Assembly: GCF_009914755.1 (NCBI RefSeq)
Contig: NC_060936.1
Origin: the human T2T-CHM13v2.0 reference genome, Homo sapiens
Length of the DNA stretch: 64,000 bases
Reading direction: 5' to 3' (one strand)
Position 1 is the first letter of the stretch. Every line of letters starts with the position of its first letter. A program made the translations under genes and the position numbers. Below are positions 50,160 through 61,927 of this stretch, piece after piece. The notes beneath the pieces are model-generated. The model was not told the DNA's origin. It ran no database searches and saw only the letters and a program-made list of their open reading frames with translations.

Positions 50160-50807
50160 ATACATTTTAAGAAGAGTTCTGCAAACAGCCCCGACCATTC
50201 TCTCAACCTGCCCGAGAGCTTTGAGCTCCCTTTCCTTCACCCATTCTCTAGCAGGAAGGTATTATATAACCAGACCTGAAGTTTAACACAGCCAGGTATG
50301 TGACTGAACTTCAGGCTTGAGAGTTTGTGCACCACAGCCCTAGAGCTCCTCCAACAGAGGTGGGTACCGTGGGAAGTTTGCTGGGAAGACTCCGGTCAGC
50401 TGATGAGTGGTTTTAGGCAGTGAGTGGAACAGACTGTTTCCAACACACAGCGGAGCCCACTCAAGCCTCAGGAATGTTATAACCTTTCCTCACCGGAAGT
50501 CAGGTGTTTGTCTAGCTTGACCCAGGTCAAGGCGTGCTTGGACTGAATAGAGCCAGTCTTTTCCCCCAGCTGAGCCTATCTGTTTTGACCCAGTCAGGGC
50601 CAGGAGTCACAGGAGATACAGGCTGGAGGTTAATAATAGTGGTAGAAGGTAGATTTCTTGTGCAATTTGCATTCAATGAAGAGCCAGAAAAAGTGACTTG
50701 ATTAATAGGATATCAACATGGGTCGTGGGGAGCCAATACCCCAGTACTTTGGATAGAAAGCCTATGGTTCTGAACTGAAGGATTCTGATGCTTTCTTCAT
50801 CAAACAG

Positions 50808-51015
50808 TGAGCAATGCCAGGCACAATTCTAAGGGCCTTACATGTGTTAAGTCCTTCAATCCTCACTATTCTGTGAGGTAGGTTCTGTTATTATCCTTCT
50901 TTGTATAAGCACAGAGAGGTTAACTAACTTGGTTAAATTTCCATGCCTATTTAGTGATGACTTTGCTGAATTCAGGTTCTAGAACCTGTGATGCTATCCA
51001 CCTTACTAGACTGCT
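50808..51015 (-). mobile_element. MIR
   Basis: TGCCAGGCACAATTCTAAG...AATCCTCAC...GAGGTAGGTTCTGTTATTATCC...GCACAGAGAGGTTAA. Confidence 0.78.
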
Positions 51016-51232
51016 TCTTTAAAGTTAAATAAGGGCCTCACTCTGAAGTCACTAATTGAGCTGTGAAAAGCAGTTTCATTCAAGCTAGTATTTCATAAAG
51101 CAAGGCAGAATGACTTTGCAAAGAACACAGGCCAAGAAACCAGAAATTGGGACCCAAGCATGGCCACCCACCTGAATTCCACTCAGATCAATGCTCCTCT
51201 GGTTGTTTGACTTCCCGGACTTCCCTCCCCTA

Positions 51233-51668
<436 letters not shown>

Positions 51669-51770
51669 GAAGAAGAAGCAGCAGCAGCAGCAGAAAAAGA
51701 AGAAGAAGAAGAAGCAGAAGAAGCAGAAGAAGAAGCAGAAGAAGAAGAAGCAGAAGAAGAAGAAGAAGAA
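51669..51770 (+). repeat. (GAA/GCA)34 trinucleotide tract replacing the Alu A-tail
   Basis: Seen directly; 34 triplets in register, one of them AAA. Confidence 0.95.
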
Positions 51771-51809
51771 ACAAAGGGGAGGATGCAACTTGGAGAGGTG
51801 AGAGTCCAG

Positions 51810-52075
51810 TTCATTGAGTCAACAATTATTTTATAAGTGCCTCCTGCAGGACTGGCACTGCTGGGCACTCAAGGGACCAAGATTAGTCAGATCAAGATAG
51901 TTCCCTTTAGCAGCTCCCAGACTATAAGAGAGAAAAGACCTATACAATCATGGGAATATGAAAGACAAGGTATTCAGTGCTCCATGAGGCACAAGAAAGC
52001 TCTATAGGACTTGGGAGAGGAGTAGCTGGCTGGAGGAATCACAGAAGGCTTCCTGGAGGAAGTGGCTTTGAGCTT
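51810..52075 (-). mobile_element. L2
   Basis: TTCATTGAGTCAACAATTATTT...CAGAAGGCTTCCTGGAGGAAGTGGCTTTGAGC. Confidence 0.65.
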
Positions 52076-52928
52076 CTGCCATCTCCATGCAGCTACTCCA
52101 AGCTCCAGAGCCAGCCACGGAGCACTCCTGGAACTCTTTGCAGGATCCATCTCGAAGTTCTGACTCCCAGCAGAGAAACAACACTGGTAGGCTGAACTGG
52201 CCCAGGGCCCTGCCAGCCGCTTTCTCCCTCCACTTATTCCAACGAAACTGTCAGATTTTCCTGAATGCAGTTTTTGCTTTAAAGTGGCAAGGGTTGGGGA
52301 GTTGGGGGTGGGGTGGGGATAGCTTCACAAGTTAATCCACTAATGTTTCACCTGCTTCTTCTCTGTGTTGCCAGGCCCAGCCCCTAGGAGAAAGCCTAAC
52401 TGCAGTAAAGGAGTCCTGGAGACAGGACAAGAATGAAGTCAATGAAGCATAGCAGGAGTGGAGATAAAGGTGCTTTCTTGGGCCTCACTGCCCTGGGGTG
52501 ACTTATCCAGTTAATTTTTTTCCCTCCTCCTCTCTCTTTCTCCCCCCTCACTCTGCTGACTCTAAAGGCCCTGGGAAGATGTGTGATCATGTTTATATGA
52601 GATTGTCTTAGGAGATTGCCAGAAGGCCTATTTCTCTAGTTGTACTTGCCTTCTTGTGCTCCTGTAAGAAGACACAGAGATAGAGGATTATGTTGCCCTA
52701 TGACTCAGATGGAGGGGTAAGGGGCAGAGGCAGAGGCAGACAAGGTGAGAGGCATAGCAAAGACCACACAGCAAGCTGCTACCCACATCCCTAAGAAGTA
52801 TCCGAACCCCCAGAAGTTCTAATAAACATTATTCCCATTGCTGATAGTTAATTTTTCCCAATCATTCATCCATTTCTCCATTCCATAGAAATTTATTGAA
52901 CATCTATTATAGATGCGACAAAATAAAA

Positions 52929-53058
52929 GTCTGGGTGTGGTGGCTCATGCCTATAATCCCAGCACTTTGAGAGGCCCAGATGGAAGAATCCCTTGAGCCC
53001 AGGAGCTTGAGTCCAGCCTGGGCAAACTAGGCAAGACCCCATCTCTACAAAAAAATTA
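52929..53058 (+). mobile_element. FLAM or AluJ left monomer
   Basis: Single arm, CCTTGAGCCCAGGAG; TSD-like TAAAAGT. Confidence 0.87.
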
Positions 53059-55427
53059 AAAGTTAAGTTTTGTCAATGGCCATAGCTTATTCTCAAATAT
53101 TAATCTCCCTAAAAACTGTAACACACAAAAAGGGAAAGTCTTGATACATTTTTAGGTTTAATTCCATTTGTTTCAGGGGATGGTTTGCATGTGCCTCGTT
53201 CAACTGCTTACAACGCTGTGAAATTCCATAATCATTGAATTGATTTATTCTCAGAGAACAGATGTCCACATATATTTGCTGCCATTAGCAATGTATTTAT
53301 TCATTTATTCATTCATTCACTTGGAAAACATTGTCCAAATACTTCATGCTACTGAGTGTATTCTGGTGGGGAGAGCAGAGTTAGTGATGGGGAGGTGGAC
53401 ACACAGGTGGCCCCAAAACACAGAATTAATGCCCCTTCATTGTCTAGCACTTGCTATCTGCATCTTGTTGGAGTTCCTCTCAAGCCCTATGAGGTAGTGC
53501 TATGGGCCTTTTTGTACAGAGGGGAAAACGTGGAGACTCAGAGAGTTTAGGTAACTGTACCAGGGCCCCATAGCTGCAAGCAAGAAGCAGACACACCCTA
53601 ATAGATTCCCACACAAAGCAGGCACGTGAACTCTGCTGAAGGAAGAAGAGGAGGAATCAACGACCTATGCTCATCTGCTGGACGTCTCTCTAAGAGCACG
53701 GACCCCTGCCTATGGACCAGGGGCAACCATTCAAGGCCTTTACAGAGTTAGGAATGAAGTTATCTGATCCAAGGCAGGAAGATAAGGATGTTGTAACCGT
53801 TCACTATGGTGTGCTCCTTTCAAAGGCTTCTTCATCATCCCTGGAGGGGGATTGTACGAACTCTCAGGGTTGGGAGAGGAAGGGGGCAGCTAGAGAGACT
53901 GCAGCTTGGTGGGTGAAATGGAAGCAGGGATTGCATGCACCACAGCTCGCTTCTTTGTAACCAAGGCAGAATGGAAGAGGAAGGCCTTTGGAATAACTTT
54001 CCTAAATAAGCCAACAGGCCATTTAGGCGAAGGTGGGGGTCGGGGGACACAATGTGACTCCAGTGGGTGGCCGTAGCAGAGGTGACAAAGAGGAAACGGC
54101 CCCCTGGCCTTGGCCCCAGGCTTCAGGATGAATGAGGCCTCTCCCAGCGACCTGAAGGTCACCCCAGGGCATGTCCCAAGACCTTGTACAGACAAGGCTT
54201 CTGATTACTCATTAGCCAGCCTGGGGACTGGCCTCCATGTTGCTGTCCTTGGCCATAAACAGATGAAAGCCCCAGCCGCCAGCTCAGGGCAGGCGGGCCT
54301 GATAGTCTAGTAGCTATCTCAGCCCCTGGAATTATCAAAGCCTGGAGCAGCCCAGACAGAGGAGGGAGGCTGGGCTTTCAAACACTTCTGTGCCCTTCAC
54401 AACTCCTCCTCCCCTCTTACCCCTCACCCAAACAAACAGAAGGAAAAAAAAATCCCATCATACTAGACAGGATTTTAACAGATGGCTTCCAGGGCAAAGA
54501 TTGCCTGAACCAGCTTCGGCAAGGACATGCCAAGATATGCTGATGAGAGGGAAGGAATCCTTCTGAAACCCCTGGAATGGACTGTTCTATCCTTGCTTCA
54601 AGGCTGAGAAAAAAGGCATCTTGGATGCAGATTCAGGGTGGGGCCAAGACACCCGAAGGCCTCGGTCCTGCTCAATCTCTGCCTTCTCACCTCCCCCCTT
54701 CTTTAGAGGGCCGTGGGTAGGTACCCATATGGGCATGCCTTCTGTTGCTTCTCCAAGCCTCTCCCACTCAGCCCTCTCTGACTGAGATTTGAAGTCTAGA
54801 AAGCAGCAAGTCCTTCCCTCCACCTTGTCTGAGAAAATCCAGTTATCCACTCCAAGTCTCTACTCCCCTACCATGAACCTGGCCCTGGGACCAACCCCAC
54901 AACCAGGCAGCTCTCTTGACCCTGGGTCTTTGTCCGCTGTCCATAAATCAAAGTGGTAGGTTGATATTCTGTAGAGAGAAATGGAAACAGAACCAGAAAG
55001 TCCTGCTATTCAGAGCCTCCAGAGCTCTATCTTGACCAATACCTAACAGTAATAAAACACCAACATGGCAAAACAGCCACGGCAGCAGCCCAGATAGAAA
55101 CAGGAAATCTTCATTCATTCCATTTTCTCAGCATTTGGAACACATTTAGAATGACTATAACGTGGTAGTTGTCAAATGGATCCAAAGACCTGGTCCCTGA
55201 TCTCAAGAAGTTCCTAAACTTGGGGAAGAATAATGTAAATAAACAATAACATCAGGAGCTACCATTTATTGAGTACCTACGATGTGCGGTTTCACACAGC
55301 AATGACGCGGCATGGCACTATCATCCCCCTTTTACAAAACAGGCCACTGAAACTCAAAGAGTACAAGGCCAGGTGAGAGTCTGGGAGTCATACCTAACCT
55401 GGTGGGTGTGACTCAGGTAGGGAGGCT

Positions 55428-55868
55428 TGTTAAAAAATTATTCAATGACACTTATGAAAACTTTATTCAGGACCATCGAGACAGGGGTAGGGACCATGGC
55501 AATGGAATTTTGCAGTGGGCAGGGAGCGGGGAGAGGTTGGGCTCAATTCTGATGCAGCAATGTATAGCCAAGGAGCAGGGTGGGGGTCAGTGGTGGAAAA
55601 TTACTAAGAGGAAACATAAGGGGATTCCAGCTGAACAACTTAGCAGGATTCACACTGAAGATGGGCCAGGGTGATGAGATGTCACCTGGGGCCTGGTGGA
55701 GGAGGAGGAGCCTAATCAGATATTGAAGGGTGGGGTGGTGGGGAGGTTCTTGCTAAACTGACTTTGCAAGGCTCTTGCTAAAATTAGATTTTACAAGGAA
55801 GTGCACAGATGGGCCTTGAAGAACGTTCGGGAACCTGCCTCAAGTTTGGTCCAGCAAGGACTCCATCA
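55428..55868 (-). mobile_element. MER31-like ERV1 solo LTR
   Basis: TG...CA termini; reverse strand reads CTTGTAAAATCTAATTTTAGCAAG...GTCAGTTTAGCAAGAACC. Confidence 0.7.
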
Positions 55869-56174
55869 GGAGAAGACATATTTAACACTGTCAGCCACTT
55901 GGGAATTTTTCTTCTCACTCGGTGTCCCAAGCTGCTTCTCCCCTTACCTGTCCCGTTGTGTCTTTTCTGCCTGCTTTGTTTCTTGCCTTCCCCCTTTTCC
56001 CCTTGAGTCTAGATTGGATCCCCACCTCTCTTTTCTTCTGCTACCCATTGAATCCATTCCTAGGGCTTTCTTCATCATCTTTTTACTTGCAATTTCCAAG
56101 CCTGTATCTGCAGCTCCCACCTCACTCCATGCTCCAGATCCCCATTTCCATCTCCAGTAACTTCAGATACCTAA

Positions 56175-56509
<335 letters not shown>

Positions 56510-57044
56510 TTGCGGACAAAGACCCAGGGTCAAGAGAACAGCCTGGTTGTGGGGTTGGTCCCAACGTGCCCAGCCCAGCCGTGTGGACCATTTTAATGGC
56601 TTGAATCTCCTCTGTCATTTTAGTTTCTTCCTATTCCAGGTTACCTTACATGTGTCATCTTGATTTCTCTTCCTAAATATCTCTTTTCTTACAGGACGAC
56701 CATACTCAAAATATCTTCAGTGGTCCCCTAATGCCTATAGAGTTGTGCCTAGATACAGGCACAGCTCTCTACATTCTGGTGCCAACCTGTCCTCTCCTCT
56801 TCTCAGACCCTATACCCCAGGGCCACTCACTATTTCCCCAGTGCATGTCAGTGCTTTTGTGCCCCATGCCCTCTTCAGACTTCTGCCCCTGCCCCTTCAG
56901 GATACTGTTAAAACAGGTGTCTTTTATGGATCCAGTCTTGATTCCCATGGCCAGATGTGGGCTCTTCCTACCTGAACTGCCATAGCACTTTGTTGTTTCA
57001 TGTCCTTGGGTATTAGAGTTTGGTCTCACCTTGCAGTGTGGTGC

Positions 57045-57224
57045 CAGGTCAGGAGCTTAAGTAGTGAAGTTGGAATGGGTTTGAATTCTGGCTCAGCAAC
57101 TTTCTAACAGTGTGACCACAGGCTCTTTAATGTGAGCCTTTTTCTACCATCTGTAAAACGGGCAAAAGGATATAAGCTTGCTGGGAAAGTTTGAAGTAAT
57201 ACATGTAAAAGCACCCTACACGAG
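57045..57224 (+). mobile_element. MIR interrupted by the HERV-H insertion
   Basis: GGGTTTGAATTCTGGCTC...TGTGACC...CATCTGTAAAACGGG...ATGTAAAAGCAC; MIR-like tail resumes after 62384. Confidence 0.7.
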
Positions 57225-57677
57225 TGACAGGCCTCTGAGCCCAAGCCAAGCCATCGCATCCCCTGTGACTTGCACGTATACGCCCAGATGGCCTGAAGTA
57301 ACTGAAGAATCACAAAAGAAGTGAATATGCCCTGCCCCACCTTAACTGATGACATTCCACCACAAAAGAAGTATAAATGGTCGGTCCTTGCCTTAACTGA
57401 TGACATTACCTTGTGAAAGTCCTTTTCCCGGCTCATCCTGGCTCAAAAAGCACCCCCACCGAGCACCTTGCGACCCCCACTCCTGCCCGCCAGAGAACAA
57501 ACCCCCTTTGACTGTAATTTTCCTTTACCTACCCGAATCCTATAAAACGGCCCCACCCTTATCTCCCTTCGCTGACTCTCTTTTCGGACTCAGCCCGCCT
57601 GCACCCAGGTGAAATACACAGCCATGTTGCTCACACGAAGCCTGTTTGTTGGTCTCTTCACACAGACGCGCATGAAA
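57225..57677 (+). promoter_or_regulatory. 5' LTR7 (LTR7up-like), proviral promoter
   Basis: Starts TGACAGGCCTCTGAGCCC, ends GCATGAAA; 453 bp; duplicated CCTTAACTGATGACATT block; two ACAAAAGA copies; TATAAAA at 57541-57547. Confidence 0.95.
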
Positions 57678-57679
57678 TT

Positions 57680-57697
57680 TGGTGCTGTGACTCGGAT
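57680..57697 (+). other. Primer-binding site, tRNA-His
   Basis: TGGTGCTGTGACTCGGAT, 2 nt after the 5' LTR; one C>T from TGGTGCCGTGACTCGGAT. Confidence 0.93.
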
Positions 57698-57820
57698 TGG
57701 GGGACCTCCCTTGGGAGATCAATCCCCTGTACTCCTGTTCTTTGCTCCGTGAGAAAGATCCACCTATGATCTCAGGTCCTCAGACCGACCAGCCCAAGGA
57801 ACATCTCACCAATTTTAAAT

Positions 57821-57829
57821 CAGGTAAGC
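57821..57829 (+). promoter_or_regulatory. HERV-H leader major splice donor
   Basis: CAG|GTAAGC about 145 nt downstream of the 5' LTR, the expected position. Confidence 0.8.
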
Positions 57830-58283
57830 GGCCTCTTCTTACTCTCTTCTCCAACCTCTCTCACTGTCCCTCAACCACTTTCTCCTTTCCACTCTTCAAT
57901 CTCTCCCTTCTCTTAATTTCAATTCCTTTCATTTTCTGGTAGAGACAAAGGAGACACGTTTTATCCGTGGACCCAAAACTCCGGCGCCAGTCACGGACTG
58001 GGAAGGCAGCCTTCCCTTGGTGTTTAATCAGTGCAGGGACGCCTCTCTGATCATTCAGCCATGTTTCAAGGGTGTCAGACCACGCAGGGACGCCTGCCTT
58101 GGTCCTTCACCCTTTGCAGCAAGTCCCGCTTTTCTGGGGAAGGGGCAAGTAGCTCAACCCCTTCTCTCCTTGTCTCTACCCCTTCTCTGCTTTTCTGGGA
58201 GAGGGGCAAGTACCCCTCAACCCCTTCTCCTTCACCCTTAGCGGCAAGTCCCACTTTCCTAGGGGGCAAGAAGCCCCCAATAG

Positions 58284-58390
58284 CTTATTTCCGCACCCCA
58301 ACCTCTTATCTCTGTGCCCCAATCCCTTATTTCCGCACCCTGACCTCTTATCTCTGTGCCCCAATCCCTTATTTCCGTGCCCCAACCCCT
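58284..58390 (+). repeat. 42-bp tandem repeat (about 2.5 copies) in HERV-H leader
   Basis: CTTATTTCCGCACCC...TGCCCCAATCC units start at 58284, 58326 and 58368. Confidence 0.85.
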
Positions 58391-58837
58391 TCTCTGCTTT
58401 TCTGGAGGGCAAGAACCCCCCACCCCTTCTCCGTGTCTCTACTCTTCTCTGGGCTTGCCTCCTTCACTATGGGTAAGCTTCCACCTTCCATTCCTCCTTC
58501 TCCCTTAGCCTGTGTTCTCAAAAACTTAAAACCTCTTCAACTCACACCTGACCTAAAACCTAAATGCCTTATTTTCTTCTGCAATGCCGCTTGACCCCAA
58601 TACAAACTCGACAGTAGTTCCAAATAGCCAGAAAATGGCACTTTGAATTTTTCCATCCTGCAAAATCTAAATAATTCTTGTCGTAAAATAGGCAAACGAT
58701 CTGAGGTGCCTGACGTCCAGGCATTCTTTTACACATCAGTCCCGTCCTAGTCTCTGTGCCCAGTGCAACTCGTCCCAAATCTTCCTTCTTTCCCTCCCGC
58801 CTGTCCCCTCAGTACCAACCCCAAGCGTCGCTGAATC

Positions 58838-58890
58838 TTTCTAATCTTCCTTTTCTACAGACCCATCTGACCTCTCCCTTCCTCCCCAGG
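58838..58890 (+). promoter_or_regulatory. HERV-H internal splice acceptors
   Basis: CTAATCTTCCTTTTCTACAG|A (58860/58861) and CTCTCCCTTCCTCCCCAG|G (58889/58890). Confidence 0.65.
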
Positions 58891-59339
58891 CTGCTCCTCG
58901 CCAGGCCGAGCTAGGTCCCAATTCTTCCTCAGCCTCTGCTCCTCCACCCTATAATCCTTTTATCACCTCCCCTCCTCACACCCGGTCCGGCTTACAGTTT
59001 CGTTCCGTGACTAGCCCTCCCCCACCTGCCCAGCAATTTACTCTTAAAAAGGTGGCTGGAGCTAAAGGCATAGTCAAGGTTAATGCTCCTTTCTCTTTAT
59101 CCCAGATCAGAAGCGTTTAGGCTCTTTTTCATCAAATATAAAAATCCAGCCCAGTTCATGGCTCGTTCGGCAGCAACCCTGAGACGCTTTACAGCCCTAG
59201 ACCCTAAAAGGTCAAAAGGCCGTCTTATTCTCAAAATACATTTTATTACCCAATCTGCTCCCAACATTAAATAAAACTCCAAAAATTAAATTCCGGCCCT
59301 CAAACCCCACAACAGGATTTAATTAACCTCGCCTTCAAG

Positions 59340-59690
59340 GTGTACTGTAATAGAAAAAAGTTACAATTCCTTGCCTCCACTGTGAGACAAACCCCAGCCA
59401 CATCTCCAGCACACAAGAACTTCCAAACGCCTGAACCGCAGCGGCCAGGTGTTCCTCCAGAACCTCCTCCCACAGGAGCTTGCTACATGTGCCGGAAATC
59501 TGGCCACTGGGCCAAGGAATGCCCGCAGCCCGGGATTCCTCCTAAGCCGCGTCCCATCTGTGCGGGACCCCACTGGAAATCGGACTGTTCGACTCACCTG
59601 GCAGCCACTCCCAGAGCCCCTGGAACTCTGGCCCAAGGCTCTCTGACTGACTCCTTCCCAGATCTTCTCGGCTTAGCGGCTGAAGACTGA
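59340..59690 (+). pseudogene. gag: HERV-H gag C-terminus (nucleocapsid) remnant
   Basis: CYMCRKSGHWAKEC is an intact CX2CX4HX4C knuckle; second knuckle RPICAGPHWKSDC lacks its first Cys; ends LLGLAAED-TGA. Confidence 0.9.
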
Positions 59691-60120
59691 CGCTGCCCGA
59701 TCGCCTCAGAAGCCCCCTAGACCATCACCGACGCTGAGCTTCGGGTAACTCTCACAGTGGAAGGTAAGCCCGTCCCCTTCTTAATCAATACGGAGGCTGA
59801 GTAGCCTCCACATTACCCTCTTTTCAAGGGCCTGTTTCCCTTGCCTCCATAACTGTTGTGGGTATTGACGGCCAGGCTTCTAAACCTCTTAAAACTCCCC
59901 AACTCTGGTGCCAACTTAGACAATACTCTTTTAAGCACTCCTTTTTAGTTATCCCCACCTGCCCAGTTCCCTTATTAGGCTGAGACACTTTAACTAAATT
60001 ATCTGCTTCCCTGACTATTCCTGGACTACAGCTGTATCTCATTGCCGCCCTTCCTCCCAATCCAAAGCCTCCTTTGCGTCCTCCTCTTGTATCCCCCCAC
60101 CTTAACCCACAAGTATAAGA
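59691..60120 (+). pseudogene. pro: HERV-H protease remnant
   Basis: VTLTVEGKPVPFLINTEA, with catalytic DTG replaced by NTE; in-frame stops; splice donor AAG|GTAAGC at 59763/59764. Confidence 0.8.
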
Positions 60121-60199
60121 TACCTCTACTCCCTCCTTGGCGACCGATCATGCACCCCTTACCATCTCATTAAAACCTAATCACTCTTACCCCACTCAA

Positions 60200-61330
60200 C
60201 TTAAAGTGCCAATATCCCATCCCGCAGCATGCTTTAAAAAGATTAAAGCCTGTTATCACTCGCGTGCTACAGCATGGCGTTTTAAAGCCTACAAACTCTC
60301 CTTACAATTCCCCCATTTTACCTGTCCTAAAACCAGACAAGCCTTACAAGTTAGTTCAGGATCTGCGCCTTATCAACCACATTGTTTTGTTGCCTATCCA
60401 CCCCATGGTGCCAAACCCATATACTCTCCTATCCTCAATACCTGCCTCTACAACCCATTATTCTGTTCTGGATCTCAAACATGCTTTCTTTACTATTCCT
60501 TTGCACCCGTCATCCCAGCCTCTCTTCGCTTTCACTTGGACTGACCCTGACACCCATCAAGCTCAGCAAATTACCTAGGCTGTACAGCCGCAAAGCTTCA
60601 CAGACAGCCCCCATTACTTGAATCAAGCCCAAATTTCTTCTTCATCTGTTACCTATCTCGGCATAATTCTCATAAAAGCACACGTGCTCTCCCTGCCAAT
60701 CGTGTCCGACTGATCTCTCAAACCCAAGCACCTTCTACAAAACAACTCCTTTCCTTCCTAGGCATGGTTAGCTCGGTCAGAATTCTCACACAAGAGCCAG
60801 GACCACACCCTGTAGCCTTTCTGTCCAAACAACTTGACCTTACTGTTTTAGCCTAGCCCTCATGTCTGCGTGCAGTGGCTGCCGCTGCTTTAATACTTTT
60901 AGAGGCCCTCAAAATAGGTAGAGGCCTTTCCTGCAGGGTCTGAGAAGGCCACCGCAGTCATTTCTTCCATTCTGTCAGACATAATTCCTCAGTTTAGCCT
61001 TCCCACCTCAATACAGTCTGATAACAGACGAGCCTTTATTAGTCAAATCAGCCAAGCAGTTTTTCAGGCTCTTAGTATTCAGTGAAAGCTTTATATCCCT
61101 TACGGTCCTCCGTCTTCAAGAAAAGTAGAATGGACTAAAGGTCTTTTAAAAACACACCTCACCAAGCTCAGCCACCAACTTAAAAAGGACTGGACAATAC
61201 TTTTACCACTTTCCCTTCTCAGAATTCAGGCCTATCCTCAGAATGCTACAGGGTACAGCCCATTTAAGCTCCTGTATAGACGCTCCTTTTTATTAGGCCC
61301 CAGTCTCATTCCAGACACCAGACCAACTTA
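60200..61330 (+). pseudogene. pol: HERV-H pol remnants (RT N-terminal half, partial integrase)
   Basis: SPYNSPILPV..KPDK..YKLVQDLR, VLDLKHAFFTIPL, FAFTW; stop at 60576-60578; no YxDD motif; IN-like residues after 60915. Confidence 0.88.
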
Positions 61331-61914
61331 GACTGTGCCTCAAAGAAAAAAAAAAATTGTCATCCCTACTATTTTCTGTCTGGTCATACTCCTATTCACC
61401 GTTCTCAACTACTCATACATGCCCTGCTCTTGTTTACACTGCCAGTTTACACTGTTTTTCCAAGCCATCACAGCTGATATCTCCTGGTGCTATCCCCAAA
61501 CTGCCACTCTTAACTCTTGAAGTAAATAAATCATCTTTGCTGGCAGGACTATGCTGAATCTCCTTAGGCACTCTCTAATCAGACATCCTGAGTCGTCCCA
61601 ATTCTTAGACCTTTTATACCTGTTTTTCTCCTTCTGTTATTCCATTTAGTTTTTCAATTCATACAAAACCGTATCCAGGCCATCACCAATCATTCTATAT
61701 GACAAATGTTTCTTCTAACATCCCCACAATCTCACCCCTTACCACAAGACCTCCCTTCAGCTTAATCTCTCCCACTCTAGGTTCCCACGCCGCCCCTAAT
61801 CCCGCTTGAAGCAGCCCTGAGAAACATCGCCCATTCTCTCTCCATACCACCCCCCAAAAATGTTCGCTGCCCCAACACTTCAACACTATTTTGTTTTATT
61901 TTTCTTATTAATAT

Positions 61915-61927
61915 AAGAAGGCAGGAA
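61915..61927 (+). other. Polypurine tract
   Basis: AAGAAGGCAGGAA directly before the 3' LTR. Confidence 0.88.

Noticed and set aside
58284-58390. Regularly spaced repeats resembling a CRISPR array
   Set aside because: Contiguous tandem units without unique spacers, inside a retroviral leader in a primate genome.
58031-58594. 187-aa ORF in the HERV-H leader
   Set aside because: Starts at GTG, not ATG; stop-poor C-rich tandem repeats explain its length.
61330-61910. Possible intact env
   Set aside because: Only about 0.6 kb of stop-ridden remnant; no long ORF or immunosuppressive-domain motif.
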